This document shows positions 9,567-18,825 of a stretch of 64,000 bases of DNA, piece by piece (the first letter of the stretch is position 1; each line of letters begins with the position of its first letter). A program made the translations under genes and the position numbers. Below the pieces are notes generated by a model that ran no database searches, was not told where the DNA came from, and was given only the letters and a program-made list of their open reading frames with translations. Origin of the DNA: a virus; IMG/VR virus record IMGVR_UViG_3300031994_000034; one strand, 5' to 3'.

Positions 9567-10346
9567 ATGGGAATTATCAATTTCTTCAAGACGCTGAAAA
9601 GGAAGTGCGAGGAAAAACGGCTGGCAGAGGCACAGGCTGAGCGAGAACGGTATCAGGAGCGGAAGCGAATGATAGTTGAATATCTCAATGAATACCGCCG
9701 CAGGAAGTACGATCGAGAAACGGAAAGGTATTTCAATGAGCAGAAAGAAGCGGAGAAGGAAAACTCTGTCTGCCCGCTGTGCCGTTCCAAGAATGTCGTC
9801 CATCATATCGTGCGCACAAAGGGTGAATTACACGGCGATGGTTCATCGCATTCCGGTAGCAGCAGTTTTCTGTTCAGCCACAGCGCATACAGTAATTCAA
9901 ACTGGAAGATTGACGGAGCACTTGACACGCTACCCGTAAACAAATGCAACGACTGCGGACATGAGTGGAATATCAAGAAAGCGGAACTGGCGGAGACGAA
10001 TGACTGGTATTGCCGCAACTATGCGCAATGGTTCTATGATGACATCAAGGGTTATCTGAAAATCGACTTCGACCCATACGACAAGACCGAGCAATACAAT
10101 TCGCTGGAGGAAAAACAGAAAGCCTTCTCCGAGAAAGTATCTAAATGGTTCTACATAGAACCGCTCCGCAATGCGCCCAGATACATGCTCGACTATATGG
10201 TGTTCTGTGGCCATGATAAATACGATAACTATTCTGACATCTTCGGCTTCAAACCAGACGACGATGAGTATTCATACGTCATGCCAGACCGCCTCTTTGG
10301 GATTGCGAAAAGGCTTATCAAATGGGAAGGAGAAGATAATAATTAA
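9567..10346 (+). CDS. Hypothetical protein with two Cys pairs (zinc-ribbon-like)
   Basis: GGAGGAATAACT precedes ATG 9567. CPLCRS...CNDCGH. Confidence 0.6.
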   Translation: MGIINFFKTLKRKCEEKRLAEAQAERERYQERKRMIVEYLNEYRRRKYDRETERYFNEQKEAEKENSVCPLCRSKNVVHHIVRTKGELHGDGSSHSGSSSFLFSHSAYSNSNWKIDGALDTLPVNKCNDCGHEWNIKKAELAETNDWYCRNYAQWFYDDIKGYLKIDFDPYDKTEQYNSLEEKQKAFSEKVSKWFYIEPLRNAPRYMLDYMVFCGHDKYDNYSDIFGFKPDDDEYSYVMPDRLFGIAKRLIKWEGEDNN

Positions 10347-10353
10347 AGGAGGA

Positions 10354-10566
10354 ATGACTATGACAAGTATCCGCAAACTGAAAAAGCGAATCAGGCGTGA
10401 GAATTGGGTTAGTGACGACTATATCCTGAACGGAGAACAAATACGCCGTTGGATTCATGGCGAAACGAGGCTTAACTGTTGTGTGCAACTGCGCTCCTAC
10501 CATCTGCACCGTATCGCCATCAGGAGGGCAAAGAAAGGAGTACGGCAGTCATTCAAACGTAGATAA
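10354..10566 (+). CDS. Small basic hypothetical protein (70 aa)
   Basis: AAAGGAGGA precedes ATGACTATG at 10354. Confidence 0.5.
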   Translation: MTMTSIRKLKKRIRRENWVSDDYILNGEQIRRWIHGETRLNCCVQLRSYHLHRIAIRRAKKGVRQSFKRR

Positions 10567-10585
10567 TAAAAAGGGAGGGAAGCGC

Positions 10586-10792
10586 ATGACAAAGAATGAA
10601 GAAACTATCCTGAACAACCTCGTCAAGACGTTGCAGGAGTACGAAAAAGAATGCTTCAGACAGATAGCATTTATGAACGAGCATAAGTTTGAAATGGAGC
10701 GCGAAGCCATCCGATACAAGCAACAGGCATTCAATCGCAGTTGGCTGGAGGTGGCGAATGCCATTGACGAAATCAAAAAGTTGGAGGAATAA
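10586..10792 (+). CDS. Small hypothetical protein (68 aa)
   Basis: AGGGAGGGAAGCGC precedes ATG 10586. Confidence 0.55.
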   Translation: MTKNEETILNNLVKTLQEYEKECFRQIAFMNEHKFEMEREAIRYKQQAFNRSWLEVANAIDEIKKLEE

Positions 10793-10796
10793 AATT

Positions 10797-11300
10797 ATGA
10801 AAGAAGAGAAAGAAGTGATTCCAATCTTTGTCCCGTTGGACGAGATAGAACAATTTCCCTCCCCGATGGAAATGCCTGACGATGCAGGGCGGCTGGCACT
10901 GAAAGCAAAAGGAAGTGTGCTGCGCGGCTTCCGATGCAAGGACATCACCTCGACATGTCTGTGGAGTAGAAACGGCGCATGGAAAGGATTCTCGAGGAGT
11001 TTGCTATGCCGCTACGATGGCAGTATGCCGCACTTCAACTTCATGCTTCGCACGATGAATAACTGGGAGGATGGGCATAACTATATCGTATTGCTTCCGC
11101 GAGAGGATGGTTCATACGTGGTGTTCGGCAACAGTTTTAGAGATATTACGCTCGACGACAGTAATACGGAACGCCAGACCTTCACTCTTGAATGTCCGTA
11201 TCATTTGGTGCCGTTCCCCTACTACGACGGCACTGTGGAATTGACCGACTGCACATGCCCCGAACTTATGGAGCATCTGTACGGAGCGAAACTGAAATGA
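10797..11300 (+). CDS. Hypothetical protein (167 aa)
   Basis: TGGAGGAATAAAATT precedes ATG 10797. Confidence 0.6.
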   Translation: MKEEKEVIPIFVPLDEIEQFPSPMEMPDDAGRLALKAKGSVLRGFRCKDITSTCLWSRNGAWKGFSRSLLCRYDGSMPHFNFMLRTMNNWEDGHNYIVLLPREDGSYVVFGNSFRDITLDDSNTERQTFTLECPYHLVPFPYYDGTVELTDCTCPELMEHLYGAKLK

Positions 11301-11315
11301 TAAGGAGGAATAACC

Positions 11316-11768
11316 ATGAGTTATATTGCAAGACAACCTAACGGACTGCTGTGCCGGTTCTCAACTATGGTGGATGCCGTGACGCATATCAATATGAGCG
11401 AAGAGGACTACATCGAAATGTGTGCTGAAAGAGCGAGAGAAGAAGCGAAACGTGATTTGGAGGACAAACGTTTTGTCAAGTCTTTCGATTACGTCTTGGA
11501 AGACACTCGCTTCGACTTCATGACCTACGAAGAGTGGCAGGGCTGTCTAAAGGAAATGGGCTACGACGGACCAGAGATGCCGTTCAAGCCTGGCGGCAAG
11601 GTAAGGTTGGTAAACCAATCGGACGCAGACATGGATGGGCGCAAGGCAGTTGTCGAAAGGGCCTACCGCAACAATCGGACGGACAAAATAGACGTGGAAA
11701 TAAGATTCGACGACGAGCAGGATGCTACTTACATGTATAATGACTACGATTTAAAAAAGGAGGAATGA
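11316..11768 (+). CDS. Hypothetical protein (150 aa)
   Basis: AAGGAGGAATAACC precedes ATG 11316. Confidence 0.65.
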   Translation: MSYIARQPNGLLCRFSTMVDAVTHINMSEEDYIEMCAERAREEAKRDLEDKRFVKSFDYVLEDTRFDFMTYEEWQGCLKEMGYDGPEMPFKPGGKVRLVNQSDADMDGRKAVVERAYRNNRTDKIDVEIRFDDEQDATYMYNDYDLKKEE

Positions 11769-11998
11769 CTATGGATTACTCAGAACTAAGAGCAAAAGCA
11801 GCGGCACTTCGTGAAGAGGGAAGAAGTGATGATGAGATTGCAGAGATGCTTCACGACGATATAGCCCAAGCAGCTCAGCACGCAACGCAACATCCGGAAG
11901 ATATGGTAGAGCCAGTGCGGGAATTGGTGAATAATGGCGGTGATGTTATGGTTAAGATGTTGTTCCACATTCTTGGTACACCGCTTTTTAACAGGTAA
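11765..11998 (+). CDS. Hypothetical protein (77 aa)
   Basis: AAGGAGGA precedes ATGACTATG. 4-nt overlap with the upstream gene. Confidence 0.55.
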   Translation: MTMDYSELRAKAAALREEGRSDDEIAEMLHDDIAQAAQHATQHPEDMVEPVRELVNNGGDVMVKMLFHILGTPLFNR

Positions 11999-12004
11999 CA
12001 ACAA

Positions 12005-12193
12005 ATGACTATGCTGAAACCGCAAGACATAAGGATTGGCGACTACCTGCTGGCTGCCGATAAGGTAATAGACGGCGGGCGGTGCAGGGTTGACAACATC
12101 ATATTGAACTGGTTAATAAAAAGGAGTAATGATTATGGAACAACTGAAGATTTACGCTGCAACGCTGGAGGAATCGGCACAGCAGCAGATTGA
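12005..12193 (+). CDS. Possible small ORF (62 aa)
   Basis: Has the ATGACTATG start seen elsewhere in this module, but it overlaps the rtcB start by about 60 nt. Confidence 0.3.
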   Translation: MTMLKPQDIRIGDYLLAADKVIDGGRCRVDNIILNWLIKRSNDYGTTEDLRCNAGGIGTAAD

Positions 12194-13361
12194 TGACATG
12201 AGCAGGAGCGAGGCTTACAAGGACTGCACCATCCGCATCATGCCGGACTGCCATGCCGGGGCGGGCTGTACCATCGGCACGGTGATTGCCATCGGCGACC
12301 GCATCGTGCCAAACACCGTGGGCGTGGACATCGGCTGCGGTATGTTGGTGGTGCGGCTCGGCAAGGCCGATATTGACCTGCATCGGCTCGACAAGGTGGT
12401 GAATGAGAAGATACCCTCCGGCTTTAATATCCACGAGAAGCCTGTGCGAGAGATGGCGTTTCTCGACCGCTTCCATTGCCGCGAAGCCATCGACACCGAC
12501 ATGGCAAAGCGCAGCATCGGCTCGCTCGGAGGTGGCAACCACTTCATCGAGGTGGATGAGGGAAGTGACGGTGAGAAGTACCTGGTCATCCACTCCGGCA
12601 GTCGTAACCTCGGCAAGCGCGTCTGCGAATACTGGCAGCGCAGGGCTGAGGATTACTGCAAGCGGCTTGGCTACGACGAGCAGGAAATCATTGCACGGCT
12701 GAAAGTGGAAGGACGTCAGCAGGAAATCGCCGCTGCCATCAAGGAGGCTAAGAACAGTGCGCCGAAAGTCGGCAAGGACTTGGCTTTCATCGAGGGCGAG
12801 GATGCCGAAAAGTATCTCTACGACATGCAGCTGTGCCAGTTGTACGCCGACGAGAATCGTCGCGCTATGGCCCGAATTATCTGCGACGAAATGGGGTGGA
12901 TGCTTACGAGCATGAATAACTTTACCACCATCCATAACTACATCGACATCCGCCACCGCATCCTGCGCAAGGGTGCCGTGAGAGCTCTCAACGGTGAGCA
13001 ACTGATTATCCCCATGAACATGCGCGACGGCTCGCTGCTCTGCGAGGGAAAGGGAAACATCGACTGGCTCTACTCGGCTCCGCACGGTGCAGGTCGGTTG
13101 ATGTCGCGCAAGCAAGCCATCAGCAGTCTCTCGATGGATGAGTTTCGCCACGAGATGCAGAACGTATATAGCACGTCGGTATGTCCCGAAACCATCGACG
13201 AAAGTCCGATGGTCTATAAGCCCATGCAGGAAATTGTCAGCCAGATAGCCGACACAGTGAAAATCATCGACATCATCAAGCCCATCTACAACTTTAAGGC
13301 AAAGATACCAGAGAAACCCGACTGGAAAGCAAATAGGCATAAACTGAAGAAGGAGGAATGA
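12129..13361 (+). CDS. rtcB: RNA ligase RtcB
   Basis: MPDCHAGAGCTIGTV, GVDIGCGM, GGGNHFIE, HSGSRNLG and SAPHGAGR motifs; 410 aa. The start could be ATG 12135. Confidence 0.9.
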   Translation: MIMEQLKIYAATLEESAQQQIDDMSRSEAYKDCTIRIMPDCHAGAGCTIGTVIAIGDRIVPNTVGVDIGCGMLVVRLGKADIDLHRLDKVVNEKIPSGFNIHEKPVREMAFLDRFHCREAIDTDMAKRSIGSLGGGNHFIEVDEGSDGEKYLVIHSGSRNLGKRVCEYWQRRAEDYCKRLGYDEQEIIARLKVEGRQQEIAAAIKEAKNSAPKVGKDLAFIEGEDAEKYLYDMQLCQLYADENRRAMARIICDEMGWMLTSMNNFTTIHNYIDIRHRILRKGAVRALNGEQLIIPMNMRDGSLLCEGKGNIDWLYSAPHGAGRLMSRKQAISSLSMDEFRHEMQNVYSTSVCPETIDESPMVYKPMQEIVSQIADTVKIIDIIKPIYNFKAKIPEKPDWKANRHKLKKEE

Positions 13362-13364
13362 ACT

Positions 13365-13853
13365 ATGAAACAGACAAATGACATTCTCGCCCAGGAACCG
13401 CAGGTGGAGCCTGTGCAGGAGCAGAACCTTGGAGACGTGAAAGGATATATTGCCTATCTGAACCTTGATTGGCTCAATACGTTTTTCGACCAAGAGGGTT
13501 GGCTGGGCGATGTGCAACGACAGGAGGAGTTTATCGCCTCGCTGCAGGACGGACTGGCCGACGTGTTGCTGCACCATAAGAAAAACATGATGCTCACCTA
13601 CTCGTGGTATGACAACGAGAACCAGTTGTGCCGCGCCATCGAGGTAATGCCCGTGTCGGCTGCCGCAGCGGGGTTGCAGATTGTCACGCCCGACGTGAGC
13701 GGCTATGCGGAACTGAAGAATCTCATTGAGGAGCAGCGACGTGTCATTGGCGAGCAACGATGCGCCATCGAGAAACTGCAAAAAGAAGTGGGCCGGCTTG
13801 ACAGTCGTCGGAGAAGTGCCATACTCGACACCTGCAATCCGGCAGATTGTTGA
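13365..13853 (+). CDS. Hypothetical protein (162 aa)
   Basis: GAAGGAGGAATGAACT precedes ATG 13365. Confidence 0.65.
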   Translation: MKQTNDILAQEPQVEPVQEQNLGDVKGYIAYLNLDWLNTFFDQEGWLGDVQRQEEFIASLQDGLADVLLHHKKNMMLTYSWYDNENQLCRAIEVMPVSAAAAGLQIVTPDVSGYAELKNLIEEQRRVIGEQRCAIEKLQKEVGRLDSRRRSAILDTCNPADC

Positions 13854-13877
13854 TGAAACATAAGAAATGAAGGAGGA

Positions 13878-14159
13878 ATGACGATGACAGAATCATTAAA
13901 GAAGGTGATGCTCGATTGTTATGAGGCACGGCTACTTAACCAAGCAAACGGTATGAAGGACTCCCCGCTTTTACACATGTGTCTTACCTCGTTCCGTCAC
14001 GGCATTGAGAACACGTTGGACGAGGTTGAACCAAAACTGCAAAAACTGAAGCGGCTGGCAGACGCGATGTACATGGCGGCACAGGACCTGACTACTGACG
14101 CTTCGCATCTGCGCAAGGCGATGGATGAATATCATCAATTTATCATTAACGAATTATAA
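13878..14159 (+). CDS. Hypothetical protein (93 aa)
   Basis: GAAGGAGGA precedes ATGACGATG. Confidence 0.6.
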   Translation: MTMTESLKKVMLDCYEARLLNQANGMKDSPLLHMCLTSFRHGIENTLDEVEPKLQKLKRLADAMYMAAQDLTTDASHLRKAMDEYHQFIINEL

Positions 14160-14162
14160 CGT

Positions 14163-14606
14163 ATGGAAAAGGACAAGCGATTAGTGAGTTATCCGGTGGA
14201 AGAAGCAGAGTTCCGCCCGGTTATCAGCATCGGCGGCAGGGAGTATGTCGTCATGCCTTACGAGAAGATTGTGGTCTTACCGCAAGAGGTGGTGGATGCA
14301 GTCGCCCAGCATCCTGAGCGCGACTATGGGGCGTTTTACATCAACAGCCTTGCCGAAAGCCTGCTGGCCGACATCGTGGAGTATCTGAGGGATGCCATCG
14401 CGGTGACAGCCGTGGATGAGGGCAAACATGAAGACCGCCACGAGTACCGCCTGATGCTGCCCGTGCTCATGCCGACAGACACCCATGAACGGTGGTGCAG
14501 AGGATGGACGCCAGAGCGCGAAGAAGAGTTCAGAAACGCGCTCATAGAACGTCGCAGAACAGGCAAACCGCACATCTTCAAGATGGTGGTAGAAAAGGAG
14601 AAATAG
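14163..14606 (+). CDS. Hypothetical protein (147 aa)
   Basis: Complete ORF, 3-nt gap to the upstream gene. Confidence 0.6.
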   Translation: MEKDKRLVSYPVEEAEFRPVISIGGREYVVMPYEKIVVLPQEVVDAVAQHPERDYGAFYINSLAESLLADIVEYLRDAIAVTAVDEGKHEDRHEYRLMLPVLMPTDTHERWCRGWTPEREEEFRNALIERRRTGKPHIFKMVVEKEK

Positions 14607-14707
14607 TCTATGCGGCAAAAAGAGAAACCCGACTGGGAAGCAAATAGGCATAAACTGAACAAGGAGGTGATGCCAATTGAGTATGTTAAACCATAAAATA
14701 CAACCCT

Positions 14708-14965
14708 ATGTTTGCAAAAGTACAAATTTATTGCGATCGGGAAAAATGCTGCTTCGACGATATAAGGAACAGCGAGAGGCCGGAAATCCTCATCAATACT
14801 GAACAGATAACTTCGCTTGAACCAACAACTGATTGGGGATTCTGTGAAGGACATGAGGATTATCCTTATAGAGTTCTGAACATGACAGGTGGCAAAAGTT
14901 ATCTATGCGTGGCGGAAAGTGCTAATGAATTAGAGAGGGCAATACTAAAGCAAAAGGAGAAATAA
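14708..14965 (+). CDS. Hypothetical protein (85 aa)
   Basis: Complete ORF; AT-richer than its neighbours. Confidence 0.5.
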   Translation: MFAKVQIYCDREKCCFDDIRNSERPEILINTEQITSLEPTTDWGFCEGHEDYPYRVLNMTGGKSYLCVAESANELERAILKQKEK

Positions 14966-14969
14966 CCCT

Positions 14970-15779
14970 ATGATACAGGACCTGACACGCACGGACTTGG
15001 TGCGCCTGATTCGCGGATGCGAACCGGGCATGGAACACGTCGGCATGTTGCAGCAGCATGGGCTGGGCGAATATGTCGGCGGCATGAACGACCGCTGGGA
15101 GTGGGCGGGTGAGGAGTGCGACCACTGGAATGATGCCAGTGAGGAAGAGCTGTGGCAACTCTACCTCACCATTACCAACGATAACCGCGACGAATATGCA
15201 CCGTCGCAGGTGTATGTCGTGACCGACGGCTATGAGGATGCAGTGGTGTATGCCGTCTTCACCGACGAAGCGACTGCCGAGCGGTACAAGGATGCAGTAG
15301 GCAGGGACGGATGGGTGATAGAACCCTACGACCTCAATCCGCATTTCGAGGAACGCGAAAAGGTGTGGAAGGCCGAACTGCAAGTGACAACACTGGAGAT
15401 GTCTTTGGAACCCGACCAGAAATCTGGTCACGAAAACCTCCTTGTTGGCTACATACGTCGGTATGGCGACTGCCTCTGCACATGGCTACGCGCCACGGGC
15501 CGCTACGACGCTTCGGCAAAGGCCAACGAAGTGTTCCTCTCCGTCGCACGCGGCAGGGAGCAGGGCAAGTTCCGCTACCTCAACCAGGAGATATACCTGC
15601 CCATCCGGCAGTACCCCGACATCAAGAAATACCCGTTCTACGACGTGGCAAGCGGAAAAATAGTCATGGGCGACCTTGGGGCTGTGCTTATCCCGCAGAG
15701 TGAAGCCCTCCTGTCCGACGGCACACCCAACCCCGACCTCTTCATCCTGCTCGACCGACACTTTGTGGAATACAAATAA
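14970..15779 (+). CDS. Hypothetical protein (269 aa)
   Basis: AAGGAGAAATAACCCT precedes ATG 14970. Confidence 0.65.
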   Translation: MIQDLTRTDLVRLIRGCEPGMEHVGMLQQHGLGEYVGGMNDRWEWAGEECDHWNDASEEELWQLYLTITNDNRDEYAPSQVYVVTDGYEDAVVYAVFTDEATAERYKDAVGRDGWVIEPYDLNPHFEEREKVWKAELQVTTLEMSLEPDQKSGHENLLVGYIRRYGDCLCTWLRATGRYDASAKANEVFLSVARGREQGKFRYLNQEIYLPIRQYPDIKKYPFYDVASGKIVMGDLGAVLIPQSEALLSDGTPNPDLFILLDRHFVEYK

Positions 15780-15837
15780 AACCACAGATTACACGGATTG
15801 AAAGATTTCTTGGCAATGCCCACTAAAACAAAGAAAT

Positions 15838-16623
15838 ATGGGACTGATAACAAAGAATGAGGCGGCAAGAATCCTCGGGCGTTCTGAGCGGGCCATCGAC
15901 GAATGGATAGCCCAAGGCGTACTGAAGACGCACTTGGTGAAGCAGACGAGATACATCGACGGCGACACGGTGGATGCGCTGAAGGACACGGAGGCCGACA
16001 TCACTCATGCGATGCAGGAGCGACAGAAGACGCTCGACGCAATAAAGGAGGAGACGTCGGCTCTCCGCCAGAGAGAGAACTTCAACAAATGGTCTGTCCG
16101 TGAGGCCGTCATGGCATTCGTTGCTGCGCTGGACGTGCTTAACGACGGGGAAAAGCAGGTGCTCGTCGGCGTAATGGAAGGATGTTCATACGAAAGCATA
16201 GGCGAGGATTTCTGCGTGACCCGCGAACGGGTGCGCCAGATATTCTACAAAGCCTTGCGGAGGGTGTCGGTCTCGATGGGGTCGTATCGCCGGATGCTGA
16301 ACGAGACGATAGAACTGCGCCGCCTGCGCGACGAGGTGAAGGAGAAGGACAGGGAGCTGCGACAGCTCCGTAAGATGCTGAACGTGCAGGAGCAGGATCG
16401 CGAAAAGTGTAAGTTAATGAGCACGGAACTTGTCGATATGGACCTGAGTGTGCGGACGATAAACTGTCTGAAGTCGGCTGATATATGCACCGTTGGCGAA
16501 TTGGTGCAATGTAAAAAGCTGGAGCTGCTGAAAATTCGCAACTTCGGAAAGAAGTCACTCAGTGAACTCGACGAACTCCTGGACCGGCTCGGCCTGGAAT
16601 GGGGCGCGAGAGCGGTGAACTGA
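15838..16623 (+). CDS. Transcription factor: HTH + sigma-70 region-4-like HTH + RpoA alpha-CTD-like domain
   Basis: [21 protein letters not shown]; [39 protein letters not shown]; [46 protein letters not shown]. Confidence 0.6.
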   Translation: MGLITKNEAARILGRSERAIDEWIAQGVLKTHLVKQTRYIDGDTVDALKDTEADITHAMQERQKTLDAIKEETSALRQRENFNKWSVREAVMAFVAALDVLNDGEKQVLVGVMEGCSYESIGEDFCVTRERVRQIFYKALRRVSVSMGSYRRMLNETIELRRLRDEVKEKDRELRQLRKMLNVQEQDREKCKLMSTELVDMDLSVRTINCLKSADICTVGELVQCKKLELLKIRNFGKKSLSELDELLDRLGLEWGARAVN

Positions 16624-16662
16624 ACGAATTGATTTTTGTGGGACAATAAAAAGGAACAGCTC

Positions 16663-17316
16663 ATGCAACTGCAACTCGACACGATATATAACATGGACTG
16701 CTTGGAGGGGATGAAGATGATTCCCGACGGGAGCGTGGATGCGGTGATATGCGATTTGCCGTATGGGGTGCTGCATAAGAACAACCCGAATGCACAGTGG
16801 GACAGGATGATTCCCTTTGAGCCGCTGTGGGAGCAGTACAAGCGTGTCATCAAGGACAACGGGGCTATCTGTCTTTTCGGTCAGGGAATGTTCACGGCGC
16901 AACTGATGATGAGCCAGCCTAAGATGTGGCGGTACAATCTCATTTGGGACAAATGCCGTGCCACGGGTTTCCTCAATGCCAACCGTATGCCGTTGCGATG
17001 CCATGAGGACATTGCCGTGTTCTACAAGTCGTTGCCGACGTACAATCCGCAAATGACCATCGGAGAGCCGAGCCATCCGCAAGGGAACGGGGAACACAAG
17101 CAGACAAACAACTGCTATGGAAAGTACAAAAGCGGACGCACCTACGACTACGACAAGCAAATCCGAAAGGTGGAGCCAACACGACCAGGCGAGAAGTTTC
17201 CCATGAGTATCATTCGCATCAAGAAGGAGCATGAGACTACCGTGCTTCATCCCACACAAAAACCCGTAGAACTTATCCGCTACCTAATCCGTACCTACAC
17301 CGATTCGGGGGGGTAA
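16663..17316 (+). CDS. DNA N6A/N4C methyltransferase (beta-class), N-terminal part; truncated at the G7 tract
   Basis: DAVICDLPYGV (DPPY-like motif IV) and HPTQKPVELIRYLI. TAA 17314-17316 follows directly after G7. Confidence 0.8.
   Translation: MQLQLDTIYNMDCLEGMKMIPDGSVDAVICDLPYGVLHKNNPNAQWDRMIPFEPLWEQYKRVIKDNGAICLFGQGMFTAQLMMSQPKMWRYNLIWDKCRATGFLNANRMPLRCHEDIAVFYKSLPTYNPQMTIGEPSHPQGNGEHKQTNNCYGKYKSGRTYDYDKQIRKVEPTRPGEKFPMSIIRIKKEHETTVLHPTQKPVELIRYLIRTYTDSGG
17307..17313. repeat. G7 homopolymer interrupting the methyltransferase
   Basis: cgattcGGGGGGGtaattctc; counted from the sequence lines. Confidence 0.9.
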
Positions 17317-17465
17317 TTCTCGACAACTGCATAGGCAGTGGCACAACAGCCATCGCGTGTCTGAAGGAGCACCGGCACTTCATCGGCTTTGAACTAAACA
17401 AGGAATACTACGACAAAGCCGTGCAGCGTATCGAACGGGAACTGCAGCAGTTGACGCTCTTCTGA
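17313..17465 (+). CDS. C-terminal fragment of the same methyltransferase in the +1 frame
   Basis: Reads VILDNCIGSGTTAIACLKEHRHFIGFELNKEYYDKAVQRIE... (SAM-binding motif I). Stop at 17463-17465. Confidence 0.75.
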   Translation, partial: VILDNCIGSGTTAIACLKEHRHFIGFELNKEYYDKAVQRIERELQQLTLF

Positions 17466-17506
17466 GCAACGGATTATAAGGAATACGAATTATCACGAAT
17501 AGAACT

Positions 17507-18793
17507 ATGGACTACGAAAAGAAATATAAGGAAGCACTTGAGAGAGCAAAAAGAATAAATGACGGTGATGGTGTTGAGTGTCCACCTGGTTGGACAACTT
17601 GTGAAGTTATTTTCCCTGAACTCAAAGCGATTGAGGATGCAAATATCAGAGGTGCAATAATCGATTATCTAAAAGATAACAATCTTACAGAGTGGGCTGC
17701 CTGGCTTGAAAAGCAAGGTGAACAAAATCCTATGAATAAGAATAAACATAAATTTCATGAAGGTGATTGGATTGTTTTTAATAATCACCACAACAGTATA
17801 TATCAAGTTGAAAAAATCGAGAATTATGAATATACTCTTAGACATTTCTTAGGCGGTTCAATGCATTTGTCATTTAGTCATGAAGATATGATTAGGACGT
17901 GGACTATCCAAGATGCAAAGGATGGTGATGTGCTTGCAGAAGACTCTTGCATATTCATAATTAAGAAATTAAATCATGATAATAGTGATAGTGCTGAAAT
18001 ATATTGCTGTTTGTTTGATGATGGTGATTTTGAAGCAAATTCTTCATTATTATTTGATGATACAAGCACTTATCCGGCCACCAAAGAGCAGCGTAACTTA
18101 TTGTTCCAAAAGATGTATGAGGCAGGTTACGAATGGGATGCTGAAAAGAAAGAGGTGAAGAAGATTGGCAATGAAGAAGTTAATGGTGATGATTACGGCA
18201 TTGATGGCCTTTGGCATGCAAAGACCATCCTTGAAAAGACTCTTGGAAATGTTGATGGCTACCAGTCTGATGATGGCATCTTAGACCATAAGGCTGCTAT
18301 CACCGCTGTTAAGAAACTATATGAGAAAAAGCCTACGCTTGAAGATGCCGCAAAGGCATTCTTGCAAGCACTATCAGACACACCGTATAACAACACACCT
18401 ATTGTAGAAGCACAAATTATAACAAAACAATTACTGACATTCTTGTCTGACCCAAAGGCTTATGACCCGGATGCCATCAACGAACATAAATCTGCAGAGT
18501 GGAGTGAAGAGGATGAACAACTTATAGATGAAGTAGCAGTATGTCTAAGAAAATATGAAGAGATAGTTCAAGGAGGCTACTCTAAATTTTATGTTCAAAG
18601 TTTAGCAGATAGAATTGAATCATTAAGACCAGGTAATACTTGTAAAGCAACTGGGTGGAGTGAAGAGGATTCCTATATGTTGGAACAAGCAATTAAATGC
18701 GTAAATAACTCTGGAAAACTTGATGTATCAACAGAAGAAATAGAAGATTGGCTTAAATCACTCAAACAAAGGCATGCAGTGGAAGCCGAGTGA
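17507..18793 (+). CDS. Hypothetical protein (428 aa), AT-rich; paralog of 8272..9294
   Basis: Shared sequence blocks as listed for 8272..9294. Confidence 0.7.
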   Translation: MDYEKKYKEALERAKRINDGDGVECPPGWTTCEVIFPELKAIEDANIRGAIIDYLKDNNLTEWAAWLEKQGEQNPMNKNKHKFHEGDWIVFNNHHNSIYQVEKIENYEYTLRHFLGGSMHLSFSHEDMIRTWTIQDAKDGDVLAEDSCIFIIKKLNHDNSDSAEIYCCLFDDGDFEANSSLLFDDTSTYPATKEQRNLLFQKMYEAGYEWDAEKKEVKKIGNEEVNGDDYGIDGLWHAKTILEKTLGNVDGYQSDDGILDHKAAITAVKKLYEKKPTLEDAAKAFLQALSDTPYNNTPIVEAQIITKQLLTFLSDPKAYDPDAINEHKSAEWSEEDEQLIDEVAVCLRKYEEIVQGGYSKFYVQSLADRIESLRPGNTCKATGWSEEDSYMLEQAIKCVNNSGKLDVSTEEIEDWLKSLKQRHAVEAE

Positions 18794-18825
18794 AGAGCAA
18801 CTTAGAGCATTAAAGGGAAAGAACT

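Noticed and set aside
12099-13781. Long antisense ORFs (12099..13781, 25159..26061, 59274..60431, 30339..31352, 3600..4541, 16555..17259, 41868..42809)
   Set aside because: Each lies opposite a gene with recognisable motifs or a better start context (RtcB, radical SAM, the 362-aa ORF, amidase, the fibre-like protein, MTase, Rep). Their composition is typical of GC-rich antisense shadows.
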